DNA from: a virus
Virus record (IMG/VR): IMGVR_UViG_3300042013_000061
Span: 32,001 to 96,000 of that record
Direction: 5' to 3' (one strand)
Length of the DNA: 64,000 bases
The first letter of the stretch is position 1. Every line of letters starts with the position of its first letter. The notes below the pieces were generated by a model, which did not search any database, was not told the origin of the DNA, and saw only the letters and a list, made by a program, of their open reading frames with translations. The translations under genes were made by a program, and so were the position numbers. Shown one piece after another: positions 1 through 10,160 of the stretch.

Positions 1-162
1 GAACATCCACACAACAATGCCTAAATAGGCGATACCGATTGCAGCACAGCTAATACTAAACAGCGACATTGCGACGTAGAATGCACGGGACATAATCAGG
101 ATAATCCTTTATAGGTTTTATACGAAAAACGGGATTCACCGAATTGGCAAACCCCGCTTTTG

Positions 163-384
163 TTAGAACTTCGCTTCTTTTGTGTTGCGATGAACTTGCA
201 GATACGCGATCAAATAAATCGCAGCGATCCACATTGCAGCACACAGCCACGACAACGCGACGGCTGCATATTCGTAGTAGCTACCGAGTGCAGTGAAATA
301 GTCGCCCACGCAGCAAACAAACCACGTAATCAAACCCATGATTACGATTATTCCGAGCGTAAAAATGTGAGCGAAATTTCTCAT
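163..384 (-). CDS. small membrane protein (two hydrophobic segments)
   Basis: 73 aa with two hydrophobic stretches; start overlaps the dcd stop codon. Confidence 0.6.
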   Translation of the reverse strand: MRNFAHIFTLGIIVIMGLITWFVCCVGDYFTALGSYYEYAAVALSWLCAAMWIAAIYLIAYLQVHRNTKEAKF

Positions 385-1136
385 TATCCGAGCATCCGTG
401 GAAGAGTTGGAATTGCACTTTGATTCATGTACTTGCCGCCCCGTTCGGCGTAAGAGGTTTCACACTCTTCGTTACCTTCAAGGAACAGAATCTGTGCGCA
501 GCCTTCGCCTGCATAAATCTTTGCAGGCAGAGTTGTTGTGTTGCTGAATTCCAGTGTCAACGAACCTTTCCAATCCGGCTCAAGCGGCGTAACGTTCACG
601 ATCAGACCGCATCGCGCATACGTCGATTTACCGATGCACAAAACCAGAATGTTTCGCGGAATGTGAAACCACTCAGGTGTATTCGCCAGAGCAAAACTAT
701 TCGGCGGCAGATACAGCGCTTCGCCATCCGGCACAAACTTCTCGACGAAATTGTCTTCGTTGAAATCTTTCGGATCGACACACGAATTGTTGATGTTTGT
801 GAACACCTTGAATTTGTTGCCGACGCGAATGTCATAGCCGTAGGAACTGAGGCCATACGGAATGATTTTGCGCGTGCTACGTTCGCCGTCATCATCACCG
901 ACGGCTTTGTATTCAACGTGCGTAACTTGCTTGTCAGAGAATGGCGAAATGATCGGCTCATATTCGTATTCTTTTCGCGACAGGCCCAAGTCTTTCTGCT
1001 GCTGTGCAGAGTACATTGCCCACACTGCGCCTTGAGGTGAGTCGTACCAGCAATGGAATTTTCCGTGACGCAGCCACGCAATTTGAGTACGAGAAACTGC
1101 TTTGGAACGAATCCACTTATCCGACATAATGCTCAC
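384..1136 (-). CDS. dcd: dCTP deaminase with N-terminal insertion
   Basis: [47 protein letters not shown] and GKY motifs typical of Dcd. Confidence 0.95.
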   Translation of the reverse strand: MSIMSDKWIRSKAVSRTQIAWLRHGKFHCWYDSPQGAVWAMYSAQQQKDLGLSRKEYEYEPIISPFSDKQVTHVEYKAVGDDDGERSTRKIIPYGLSSYGYDIRVGNKFKVFTNINNSCVDPKDFNEDNFVEKFVPDGEALYLPPNSFALANTPEWFHIPRNILVLCIGKSTYARCGLIVNVTPLEPDWKGSLTLEFSNTTTLPAKIYAGEGCAQILFLEGNEECETSYAERGGKYMNQSAIPTLPRMLG

Positions 1137-1459
1137 GAAAAGTTCTCCTTTTCTTCAGCAGTCGCCGGGCGGATTTGGTAGTTGGCTTGCGCCTGTACCA
1201 TTGCGTTTTCGACTTCTGGAGAATACCAGCAAATGAATTTGTCACCGTCCAACGTGCTGACCACCATCGTAAAAGGTTTGAAAACTTTCGGTGCAAATTG
1301 CGGTGTGAATTTCTGGAGAACAGACAGCGCATGTTCATCGAGAAAGTTTTTGTCTGCATCACCGGCCCGGTAGTGCATATGGTCGTAAACGCGGCGCAGG
1401 GCCATCGCCAGACTTTGGATAACATATGCTGGTCGCGGTTGCTTTGTACCTTCAATCAT
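1133..1459 (-). CDS. hypothetical protein (shares an F-x-[CF]-W-Y module with the dcd insert)
   Basis: 108-aa ORF; stop overlaps the dcd start (ATGA). Confidence 0.75.
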   Translation of the reverse strand: MIEGTKQPRPAYVIQSLAMALRRVYDHMHYRAGDADKNFLDEHALSVLQKFTPQFAPKVFKPFTMVVSTLDGDKFICWYSPEVENAMVQAQANYQIRPATAEEKENFS

Positions 1460-1475
1460 TTAATTTCCCCCGAAA

Positions 1476-1868
1476 TTATTCTGGAAGTTTCAGTCCACGT
1501 TCTTTTACAGTACGGTCAGACAGTTTGTGGACAGTGAGTTCGCCAGCCGAATCGAACACTTTTTGCTTCGTGGCTTTCGAGTACCAGAATGCAAAGTTTC
1601 CGTTTTGATCGTAAACGGCTTTGTGTGGTTTCTCTTCGTATTTGTCGAGCAGATATTCCAACTCTTCTGCTACAAATGGTTTTGTGATGGTCGGATGCGT
1701 TTGCCCGCCGACCATGTAGTAAGGGTCAGCAGGCTTGCGTTTTATGATTGCGAGCAACGCCGCTTCAATATCCACGACAAAACCTGCTTTCAATTTGGCA
1801 ATCTCTTGCGCATGTGCGACTTTCAAATCCCAAATTTCTTCGTCTTTCATTTCGCCAATGACGGACAT
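1476..1868 (-). CDS. hypothetical protein, probable paralog of 1133..1459
   Basis: 130-aa ORF with RBS-like GAGG upstream. Confidence 0.75.
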   Translation of the reverse strand: MSVIGEMKDEEIWDLKVAHAQEIAKLKAGFVVDIEAALLAIIKRKPADPYYMVGGQTHPTITKPFVAEELEYLLDKYEEKPHKAVYDQNGNFAFWYSKATKQKVFDSAGELTVHKLSDRTVKERGLKLPE

Positions 1869-1870
1869 TG

Positions 1871-2050
1871 CTAAACCCTCACGTGAATGACTTCTAAACC
1901 TTTATCTTCGAAGTCTTTAATGCGTGCGTCGTCATGCGTATAGACACAGGTAACGTCGTCCGCGTGTTCAATCAAGATGTAACGCAATTCCTTTACAGTT
2001 TTTTCAACTGCTTGCGGATCGCCTCTGTTCTGGATGTATATTTCGATCAT
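1871..2050 (-). CDS. 59-aa hypothetical protein (not in ORF track)
   Basis: Read by hand: MIEIYIQNRGDPQAVEKTVKELRYILIEHADDVTCVYTHDDARIKDFEDKGLEVIHVRV; ATGA overlap with the upstream stop; fills the gap exactly. Confidence 0.7.
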   Translation of the reverse strand: MIEIYIQNRGDPQAVEKTVKELRYILIEHADDVTCVYTHDDARIKDFEDKGLEVIHVRV

Positions 2051-3315
2051 TGCAACGGGCGACTGGTCTGATCTACGCCAGACTTAGAAGCACTAACCTG
2101 TTTTTTGGGTTGAGATAAACCGGACGGGTTGCCCTGTTCGGAAAGGAAAGGACGATATAGATAAAGGATTTCGGCGTACTTCTTACCGCCTTTAATCATG
2201 ATCGTTTTACCGCCGACAACGTAGCGACCGGCAATATCATTTGGTGCAGGTTGAACGTCACCCTTTGCGCCCGCGCCTTGCTGGAAATCAACCGAGGTAA
2301 ACGATTTAATATCCGTTGCGGAATCTGTCAGTGCAACAACGCGTTCACTAAACATGGAAAGCAAACGCACATTTTGATAATACGCACGTTCGTAATGCTC
2401 GTGAATGTTGAAGCCTTCGTCTGGCCCGGTGCCGGGATCGAGGCCCGAATAACTCACACGTGCGCCACGCTCTTTTAATTGCGCGAGAATTTCAGTGTTT
2501 ACAGGAACGCCAGCAGCCGGTGCGTTAATGTCCATCGTCTCAATTGCAAGCGCGCTGGTTTCATCTGCGAACGCGTGACCGAACAGCTTGTGTCCGTAGT
2601 TCACAAAGTGCGTAAACAAACCGGAAACGCTCATATCTTTTGCACTGCGCACATCGACACTTGTACCGACTGCCCCGGCACCGTCTTTGTTATGCACGAG
2701 CGTTTGTTTCGGAGTTTCGTTTAGGACGGCCATCAGGTCTTTATAAACCAATGTACCATCCATGCGAACGCAACGCGCCATGCAACTTGTATCGTCTACA
2801 TATCCGCGCATTGCCATGTCTTCGGAAAAACCGAGACGTGTTGTATTCAAATTCAACCAAATTTGTGTATCGGTTGTGGGTTTCGACGGGCCGTCATAAA
2901 GCAGGCCGCTTAATTCCGCAAGCTGCTGCATTACGTTGGAACTGGCCGCATCAAACGATTCTGCGAAAGAACCGGCACCGAATTTCGGACTGTTGTAAAT
3001 GCAGACAATGTGCAAAACTTTACCGCTGGAATTTCGTGGTCGAGTCCAACCGAACACACGGAATTTATATTCAGGTGCGGTTTCTGCTGTCTTGCCCATA
3101 CGCAAAGTAATCGTCGTGCCGTTCTTCAAATTCAAGTCGCGGCTTAACGTTTCTTTTTCATCGTACAGGCTCAATTTCATTGCGGGTAAACCCATGCCGA
3201 AACCTTCCATGATCCAGATATTTTCAATCATGTTCATGGAAGGGGGCATAGGACTCCCATCAATATCCAGCGTGCAAAAAGCCATGCCTTCGATGTTGAG
3301 GGATGCTTGAGCCAT
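2047..3315 (-). CDS. putative baseplate hub protein (gp27/gpD-like)
   Basis: 422 aa; follows the gp53-like gene in the tail module; size and pattern fit a hub; inferred from synteny. Confidence 0.5.
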   Translation of the reverse strand: MAQASLNIEGMAFCTLDIDGSPMPPSMNMIENIWIMEGFGMGLPAMKLSLYDEKETLSRDLNLKNGTTITLRMGKTAETAPEYKFRVFGWTRPRNSSGKVLHIVCIYNSPKFGAGSFAESFDAASSNVMQQLAELSGLLYDGPSKPTTDTQIWLNLNTTRLGFSEDMAMRGYVDDTSCMARCVRMDGTLVYKDLMAVLNETPKQTLVHNKDGAGAVGTSVDVRSAKDMSVSGLFTHFVNYGHKLFGHAFADETSALAIETMDINAPAAGVPVNTEILAQLKERGARVSYSGLDPGTGPDEGFNIHEHYERAYYQNVRLLSMFSERVVALTDSATDIKSFTSVDFQQGAGAKGDVQPAPNDIAGRYVVGGKTIMIKGGKKYAEILYLYRPFLSEQGNPSGLSQPKKQVSASKSGVDQTSRPLQ

Positions 3316-3324
3316 AATTGCCTC

Positions 3325-3651
3325 TTAGAGAGTTACAACATTTGAACCGGCGACACTTCCTTTTGCACGTTGCAATCGAGTGGTCATTTCGTTCACGTTT
3401 GGAATTTTGATTTTCGCACCTTGCGTGATTTCCCAAATGTCATCAAGGCCGTTGTAGACCATGATTGCGCGCCACCATTTAATCGTGCGGTACGCATTGT
3501 AAGAAATCAAACCGGGGTTGAATTGTTCCATCGCATTTACAGTATGCGTGGTGAACGTTTCTACGCCTTCGATTGCCTCATAAGAAACATCAAGCAAAGG
3601 GTCAATGCCGTAAGCATCAACCTGCACGAATTCCCTTTGATCGTAAAGCAT
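3325..3651 (-). CDS. baseplate wedge gp53-like / LysM-like protein
   Basis: ISYNAY...WWRAIMVYNGL..IWEI..GAKIKIP pattern; start moved to MLYDQ (GAGG RBS). Confidence 0.7.
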   Translation of the reverse strand: MLYDQREFVQVDAYGIDPLLDVSYEAIEGVETFTTHTVNAMEQFNPGLISYNAYRTIKWWRAIMVYNGLDDIWEITQGAKIKIPNVNEMTTRLQRAKGSVAGSNVVTL

Positions 3652-3659
3652 AAGCCACC

Positions 3660-4391
3660 TCAAATAACGGCAAAGAATTTATCCAAGTCTTCTTTCGTGG
3701 TTGTCCAGAACGCTTCGAACGTCACGTTAATGGTTGCAGCAATTGGATTGCCGGTCGCGTCAAATTGCGTATCGAACGTACAATCCACACTGCTGATAAA
3801 GCACGGAGAAAAACGGAGAAAACGACCGATGTTCAAAGTGATTTCGTCACCGCCCAACTGCACACCGCCGCTGAAATCACCGGCCAGTAATGCGCCAGTG
3901 TTCCCAACGTGCGGGCCGGGAGCCATCAAAGTTCCCGCTGCTGTTTCAGAAGGTGCAACCAATTGCAGAAGCTTTTTCATTTTATCGGTTACTTCCAAAT
4001 ACGCATCGTCATAAGCAACGATGGCAAAAGGAATTGTGATAATCAGTGTGGAACCGCTAGACCACACCGCACCCGACAAACTTTTCATGATCGAAGTTGC
4101 GCCTGTAGTAGCGCGCAAAACTTGTTCGGCACTTGCTGCAATTCCACCAGCACCCGAGGCTTCACCCGCCGCCTGAGAAAGTGGCGCTGCAAATGGTCGA
4201 TCATAACTTGATGTTAAATGGAGGCCGAAGTTTTCAGGCAACGGCGTATCCATGTTGATATACATTTCACCATCACGACGAACCTCAAGCTGTGCCGTAT
4301 AAATACTGGAAATATCCGGTTTAGCTTTTGCGGTACTCGGAACGGTTACGTTGAAAATTGATGCGACTGCACCGCCAAACGATTGAGACAT
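3660..4391 (-). CDS. putative tail tube initiator / baseplate protein (gp48/gp54-like)
   Basis: C-terminal CFISSVDCTFD...GNPIAATINVTFE pattern of tube-fold proteins; start moved to MSQSF. Confidence 0.55.
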   Translation of the reverse strand: MSQSFGGAVASIFNVTVPSTAKAKPDISSIYTAQLEVRRDGEMYINMDTPLPENFGLHLTSSYDRPFAAPLSQAAGEASGAGGIAASAEQVLRATTGATSIMKSLSGAVWSSGSTLIITIPFAIVAYDDAYLEVTDKMKKLLQLVAPSETAAGTLMAPGPHVGNTGALLAGDFSGGVQLGGDEITLNIGRFLRFSPCFISSVDCTFDTQFDATGNPIAATINVTFEAFWTTTKEDLDKFFAVI

Positions 4392-4392
4392 T

Positions 4393-7300
4393 TTAAATGT
4401 ATCCAGAGTTAATGAATAGCAGCCCGAGGTCGTCAATCATCGCGGGCACGTCGTCCAATTGTGGCATATCGTTTTTCTCACCTTTTCCACCACCGCCACC
4501 ACCCGGCGAACCACCTTGCGACGGCGCAGCACCACCACCGCCCGAATCCCCGGAATCAACCATTGCAACTTTTTGCACACCGTCGAAAGAATTACGTTCG
4601 GCAGGCGCAGCAACTGGGGTCGAAGTAACCGCAGACATTGCAGTTGTTGGCGTTGCAGCAGAGCTAGTTTGAATCGGAGTTTCGTTTGCGTAATAAGACG
4701 ACGATGCAGGCGATTCAACCGGAGCTTTAAACATTTCCGCTGTCGATTGAATAAAGCCCCCGGTCGGCGTTGCTTTTGTTCCCGGTGGCAAACTTGCAGG
4801 CGTTCCCATTACTTTTGGTTTGTCGATATTGCTGTACGTTGTTACGCCTTTTTCAGCAGGCCCGCCGCCACCAAAGAAACCGGTTGCAGCGTCAGCAACA
4901 CCATTCACGATATTTCCGAATGATGGCAAACCAGAAGCGAGACGTGGAATATTCGGAATCGGCAATGCACGCCCGAGTTCCCGCATGTACGGGTTTTTCC
5001 CAAATATTTTGTTTTGCAGTCCGCCAGTTACAGAGTCAACTTTACGCAAGGCTTTATCAACACCCGGCGCCATCGTACCGAAAGAACCCAAACCTTCGAT
5101 TTGTCCGATACGTGTAATTGCACCAGTAATTTTACGTGTTGTTTCACCCTGCACAGGTTTTGCTTGGCGACCGTAACCCGCACCACCATAGCCCGGCGAT
5201 TGTCCGGCTGCTTTGCGTTTATTCGAATCGAAATCCCACGGTGCAGCAATGCGAGGATCGACGCCGCTTTTTACCTGTTGTTCATACGCGGCTTGTTCGG
5301 CAGGTGTACGTGTTACAGGTTTATCACCCATCACGTCAACAGTTGCAGGAACCGCACTTTTTTCCGCACTGAAATCTTTATTCTCAGTTTTTGTAGCATC
5401 CGCAGCAGCTTTATCATTTTCCGCAACAGCAGCACCAATTGTTGCAGCGGCTGCTTTTTCATCGGCACTTTCTTTTGCACCTAAAGCATTACCCGCAGCT
5501 TGCGTTCCTTTGCTTTCGCTTTCAGGGCCAGTCGGGCCAGTACCACCACCGCCAGCCGCGCCGCCCGCAGGCATTGCACCTTTCGTATTTTCTTCGGCAG
5601 CTTTTACCGTAACTTCTGCTGCCTTATCCATTTCTTTCGCAGCGGCTGCTTGCATCAGTTGTGGACTTTGACCAGCCGAAGAAGTTTCAGGCCCGCCGCC
5701 ACCGCCACCACCGCCTTTCCCCGCACCAATTAATTCAACGTGCCAAGGCTCATTGGAAAGTGGACGGTGAAAACCATACTTTTTAAACATCCCGGTAGAT
5801 TCAAGTTTACCGGCAGATTGGCGGTCGATATCAATTGCGAAACCGGATTCATGACGCGACGTGCCGGGGCGTGCAACACGTTTTGTATCGCGACCGTATT
5901 TAACCCACAATTGTTCCTGTTCCATTCGGGTACGGAATGCAGACGCAACGTTAACAACCGTGCCGCCGTTATTCGTTACCCAATCACCGACCATCGTGTA
6001 CCATGCTTGTTTAAACTTTGGATTTAAACCAGCCAAATTCACATCGGATTTATTTGGAACAGTTGCTTTTTGTCCGGCTGCATAAAGCGCACCGTCAGCA
6101 GGGGAAAGCATACCCGCAGCAGTACCGCCGCCAGCTTCGTCACCGCCTGCACCACCAGTACCACCACCACCACCGCCCGGTTGTGGGGCCATAATTCCGA
6201 CAGTGCCATTTGATGCACCGCCACCGCCAGAACCGCCCGCAGTTTTGCCGCCATAAGCGCCAATCATTTTTTGCGAATATTGCGAACCAATTCCCGAACC
6301 ATCTTTTGCAGCGGAACCGGGGCCAGCTTTTTCTTCGTTAAGCATTGCAAGCGCAGCAGCTTTTTCCGTACCTGCACGGCGATAAATGCTGTCTTGTGTT
6401 TTCGAATCACTGTTGCGGAAACGCGTGCTAACAGTTGCAGCGCGAGTATCTTGCAGACGCGAAATAACGTCGGCGTCATCCATTCCGTTTACATCACGGT
6501 TTCCCAACGCATCGGAAATAACACGTTTACCAACGCCGGGGCCGTACTGTGTACCGATAGAATAAACAACTTCTTTCAACGCACGCGAACGCGTTTCCAA
6601 ATCTACGTCGTATTGTTCGGTAAACCATTTCGCAACAGGATCGTAGTTTTGCTTTTTGTTGTAGGCGCCTTGGGCTTTTTCCATGCCTTCGCCGTCGCGA
6701 TCCGTAACCTCTTTGTACTTGTCGTTGAATTCTTTCGAACCGGCTTTCAGGCCACGGAAATCGTTGTAGTATTTCTGACCTTCTTCCGAACGCAGAAAGT
6801 TAGTCATGCTTCCGTTGTTGGTAGCGAGTTGGTGTTTGCCGTAGCTCACCCCGCCGTTATCGCCTTTACCTGTTGAAACTGTACCAACGCCACGGCCACC
6901 AGATTCAAACGCAGCAGAAATAGAACCTAAATCTCCGCCGCGTGCTTTCTTGCCAATTTCCTGACCTTCAGTCCGCGTGCTTGCGGTCATACGGTCGAGA
7001 ACTTGGTCAGCAGGATCATCGCTACGGAATTTGTCGCTAATCCAATCTTTACCTGATTGATAACCGTGCGAAATTGTTCCGGCTTTTTTCCGGTCGTAAT
7101 CGAAGTTATCCGATGCAGCTTCGATTGCTTTACCGCCGTAATACGCAGCAGCCAACGCAAGCAATGGGCCTAATGCACGCGCACCCATACCGGCCACACG
7201 TCCACCCATACCGCCGCCGATTTCACCGCCAAGGCCACCAATCTTTTGCATCTTTGGCCCGAACTTTTTCGGCATCTTTCTTTCCATCTTTTCAAAACGC

Positions 7301-7896
7301 CCACGCGAATCACGCGGCATTTTGTTCGCACGATTTCTGCGCATTTCACGCAGTTCGTCGGTGATGGAATTCTGGCGAGCTTTCTTTTCATTTACGCGAG
7401 TGAATTCACCCTCGTAAGTATTGCCGTGTGGCCCCTGCACTTTCGGCACAGGTTTCGACGCTTCTTTTTTCAGATATTCAGCAAGACGTTTTACAACATC
7501 GCTGACTTCCGAAGTTGCACGAATTTGATCCTGCATCAAACCGGTTTGCTGCGCGAGCATACCCGATTGTTTTTGTGTAGCGATTGCCTGAGTTTTCAGG
7601 ACTTGCGTTTGCCCGTCGATTGCGTCCGCACTGCGCCCATCATGTTCGGTTTTAAGCGAAGTTTTATCAGGGGAATTGCGACCGTCTTTACCACCGACTT
7701 GAGAAACGTTGTTGCGATAATCCGGTTGTTGCTTTCTCTGTTTGCCCGCAGAAAAACGAACTTCGTCATCCTGTTTTACGTGAGCGTGTTGCATCAGCTT
7801 CGGCGGGGAAACATCACGAAAAGGCCGACGTTCTGGCTTTTCAGATTTCGGCTCATACTGACCAACAATAGCGTCTAATTTCTCATGCGCCGCCAT
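4393..7896 (-). CDS. tape-measure/hub-like tail protein with lysozyme-like and M15 peptidase domains
   Basis: ESGG..GTVSTG.GDNGGVSYG.HQL (VgrG3-C-like glycosidase); SAFRT..EQ, SRHESGFAID and EPWH (M15/VanY-like Zn peptidase); Gly-rich linkers. Confidence 0.75.
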   Translation of the reverse strand: MAAHEKLDAIVGQYEPKSEKPERRPFRDVSPPKLMQHAHVKQDDEVRFSAGKQRKQQPDYRNNVSQVGGKDGRNSPDKTSLKTEHDGRSADAIDGQTQVLKTQAIATQKQSGMLAQQTGLMQDQIRATSEVSDVVKRLAEYLKKEASKPVPKVQGPHGNTYEGEFTRVNEKKARQNSITDELREMRRNRANKMPRDSRGRFEKMERKMPKKFGPKMQKIGGLGGEIGGGMGGRVAGMGARALGPLLALAAAYYGGKAIEAASDNFDYDRKKAGTISHGYQSGKDWISDKFRSDDPADQVLDRMTASTRTEGQEIGKKARGGDLGSISAAFESGGRGVGTVSTGKGDNGGVSYGKHQLATNNGSMTNFLRSEEGQKYYNDFRGLKAGSKEFNDKYKEVTDRDGEGMEKAQGAYNKKQNYDPVAKWFTEQYDVDLETRSRALKEVVYSIGTQYGPGVGKRVISDALGNRDVNGMDDADVISRLQDTRAATVSTRFRNSDSKTQDSIYRRAGTEKAAALAMLNEEKAGPGSAAKDGSGIGSQYSQKMIGAYGGKTAGGSGGGGASNGTVGIMAPQPGGGGGGTGGAGGDEAGGGTAAGMLSPADGALYAAGQKATVPNKSDVNLAGLNPKFKQAWYTMVGDWVTNNGGTVVNVASAFRTRMEQEQLWVKYGRDTKRVARPGTSRHESGFAIDIDRQSAGKLESTGMFKKYGFHRPLSNEPWHVELIGAGKGGGGGGGGPETSSAGQSPQLMQAAAAKEMDKAAEVTVKAAEENTKGAMPAGGAAGGGGTGPTGPESESKGTQAAGNALGAKESADEKAAAATIGAAVAENDKAAADATKTENKDFSAEKSAVPATVDVMGDKPVTRTPAEQAAYEQQVKSGVDPRIAAPWDFDSNKRKAAGQSPGYGGAGYGRQAKPVQGETTRKITGAITRIGQIEGLGSFGTMAPGVDKALRKVDSVTGGLQNKIFGKNPYMRELGRALPIPNIPRLASGLPSFGNIVNGVADAATGFFGGGGPAEKGVTTYSNIDKPKVMGTPASLPPGTKATPTGGFIQSTAEMFKAPVESPASSSYYANETPIQTSSAATPTTAMSAVTSTPVAAPAERNSFDGVQKVAMVDSGDSGGGGAAPSQGGSPGGGGGGKGEKNDMPQLDDVPAMIDDLGLLFINSGYI

Positions 7897-8849
7897 TACT
7901 TAAATCCTCTGCGTGTGCCCATCGTCCGGCCCGCTGCTGCTTTCGCTTTCTGTTCTGCTTCACGACGATCAGCCGCTAGGGTCGAGTGGTGATAGAGGAA
8001 CATTCGCACAGGCAATTTCATATCCGGGCTTGCACCGAATTGCGACATTAGGTTGTAGCACATGTTGTAAATATCTTTGTCGGTATTGTCCGCGAAGAAC
8101 GACAACAGACTTGGATTAGATTCGTGTTCTTTTACGTGGTTGCATTGACCGCAGCGCAGCTTCACAACCTCTGTGACGCCGTGGAAATACTTCTTCATTG
8201 TGCGTTCAATTTCTTCGAACAATTTCATGTCCGGTTGCGCCATCAAATACGCAAGTTTTGCTTTGTACGTGTTGCCCTTCTTTACCCAACGCGCAACGCT
8301 GCCCACATATTTCATGCGCGGGTCTTCGTCAACGTGTTCGTAATAGTCGGTCATTGTTGCCACACGAGCGAAATCAATTTCTGGATGTTTGATAACGAGG
8401 TCATCGTCTTCCAGCGTATGGATTTTTACCTGTGTGTTTTTAATCAGTTCCGATTGCGTGTGCCCGCAAGGCTGTAACCAGAAGCCGCGTTTTTCCGCAG
8501 TCTTTGCAGTCACGTCAAAACCGATTTTATTGTTCTCGTTCACATACACCATGTGGTTGCAGGTATAGCGCGCTTGAACCGGGAATTCAGGAAACGAACT
8601 ACGGCGCAGCCAAGCCATGACATAACAGAAATCGCCATCGGTTAGCTGATTGATATCGACGCTACACGCCAATTGCACCGCACGAATAATGTGCTGGTGC
8701 GGACGCGTTTTCGCAGTCATGCCGTGGTGCAGCAACGGCAATTCTTCGAGAATAAACTGACGCATAAAAATGCGATCAAAGTCATATGTGACGCCACCCG
8801 TAGGCAGTTCGCCAATATCCATATAACGAGCGTCAAGTTCGTAATTCAT
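7896..8849 (-). CDS. baseplate hub assembly protein (T4 gp26-like), paralog 2
   Basis: LPTGG..Y, LTDGDF.Y...WLR..S and CxxC; start moved to MNYEL. Confidence 0.6.
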   Translation of the reverse strand: MNYELDARYMDIGELPTGGVTYDFDRIFMRQFILEELPLLHHGMTAKTRPHQHIIRAVQLACSVDINQLTDGDFCYVMAWLRRSSFPEFPVQARYTCNHMVYVNENNKIGFDVTAKTAEKRGFWLQPCGHTQSELIKNTQVKIHTLEDDDLVIKHPEIDFARVATMTDYYEHVDEDPRMKYVGSVARWVKKGNTYKAKLAYLMAQPDMKLFEEIERTMKKYFHGVTEVVKLRCGQCNHVKEHESNPSLLSFFADNTDKDIYNMCYNLMSQFGASPDMKLPVRMFLYHHSTLAADRREAEQKAKAAAGRTMGTRRGFK

Positions 8850-8859
8850 TTCCAGCCCC

Positions 8860-9639
8860 TTAGATAAAGAAAGAGTGCGCGTCAATTGTCACGTCGAAAG
8901 GATGCGACAGACCACAGCGGACACAGGTTTTATTTACCCGTTGAATAATGCCGTGGTCATACGTGAAGTGAGCGCGTGAAGCTTTGTCGAACAATTCCAT
9001 ATCGGTGCTTTCCAATGCGCCGTTCAATTTCTCGTGCAGTGTACGACCGGCACGGATATAGCGGACTGGCCCGATGATTTTCTTGTTGCGTTTTTCTTGA
9101 CCGAGTTCCAGATATTCCACGAGGTGTGCAACGCGTGGATAATCCAGCAGCGGATCAATTGGCGTTTCATCCATTTGTTTCGTGACGAAATCTTCGAACA
9201 CAACATCCTGTTTGTTGTATTGATCGCAATCCAATTCGACCATTTCGATTTTACGCGGGTCTTCCATGTGCTCTTCAGCTTCGGTGCCTTGCGCGGCATC
9301 CCACTGCGCCCACATATTGTCGATATCTTCCATCGTGAGAATTTGTTTTGTATCTTTGCGTTCGAAAACAATCCCGCCGCAATCCCACTCAGCAAAGATC
9401 GGCAGGTCACGCGAGTTGAAGCGCAGCCATGTCAGGATGTAATAAAAATCACCATCCGTTAATTGCTTTACATCGAAGTCCATAACTTGCCCGACCGCTT
9501 CGATCAGTGGCGCGCTGTTCTCCATGAAAATTGCTTCGGAGATATACGGCAAGTGTTTAGGCCGGAACGGATTAACTTCAATGGATTTAACAGCGTAAGG
9601 AATCCCGCGAGACGGCAAGTTAGAACTATCGAATTTCAT
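8860..9639 (-). CDS. baseplate hub assembly protein (T4 gp26-like), paralog 1
   Basis: LPSRG.PY, LTDGDFYYILTWLRFNS and terminal CVRCG. Confidence 0.6.
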   Translation of the reverse strand: MKFDSSNLPSRGIPYAVKSIEVNPFRPKHLPYISEAIFMENSAPLIEAVGQVMDFDVKQLTDGDFYYILTWLRFNSRDLPIFAEWDCGGIVFERKDTKQILTMEDIDNMWAQWDAAQGTEAEEHMEDPRKIEMVELDCDQYNKQDVVFEDFVTKQMDETPIDPLLDYPRVAHLVEYLELGQEKRNKKIIGPVRYIRAGRTLHEKLNGALESTDMELFDKASRAHFTYDHGIIQRVNKTCVRCGLSHPFDVTIDAHSFFI

Positions 9640-10139
9640 GAAAATCTCACCCTATCTAAAGCAAAGTTTTGTTGAACCTTCAGCGCTTGCCCGCCTGCGT
9701 TTGTCAGGTCGATTGGGCTTGTCGTTGTCGGCCATGTACCTTCCAGCGTTACAGTCATGATCGGCGTGTCTGTCGTGGTTCCGTCAGTTAACGCAAATCG
9801 CATATTTCTTTTGTATTTTCCCGGCAGTGAATACGTGCCTGTTTCTGGATCAATGATTTTATCTTGCCACTCTTTGACCCAGTGGTGGCTACGCATGCGC
9901 ACGTCTTCATAAAACGTAATGTCGAACGCGCTCAGTTCTTTGAAGCCCGGATATTGTTCAAATCGTCCGGCCATGAAAAGCGGTTTCATATTGATTGAGG
10001 GAAAAGGCAAACTCACCGTTTCCACATAATCAGGATCGCCATCGAAAGGCAATTCGATGCAGTACCAATAAAAGTCGAGCATTGGCGATCTATCGCCAGA
10101 ACGGCGTGCCGTGAATTCCTCAAGCGTGAGTATCGGCAT
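9636..10139 (-). CDS. tail tube-like protein
   Basis: ITFYED, W..EWQ..I and LEGTWPTT.SPIDL pattern of the gp19/gp54 family; start moved to MPILT (the longer start runs through a terminator). Confidence 0.65.
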   Translation of the reverse strand: MPILTLEEFTARRSGDRSPMLDFYWYCIELPFDGDPDYVETVSLPFPSINMKPLFMAGRFEQYPGFKELSAFDITFYEDVRMRSHHWVKEWQDKIIDPETGTYSLPGKYKRNMRFALTDGTTTDTPIMTVTLEGTWPTTTSPIDLTNAGGQALKVQQNFALDRVRFS

Positions 10140-10160
10140 ATTATTTATCTCGTACAAGCG

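Noticed and set aside
384-1136. Uracil-containing genome suggested by Dcd plus the UDG-like domain
   Set aside because: Dcd normally feeds dTTP synthesis; no UDG inhibitor or other supporting gene was recognised in the window
8850-8890. Programmed frameshift between the two gp26-like genes
   Set aside because: No clear slippery heptamer; the second gene has its own ATG at 8849 and is a full paralog
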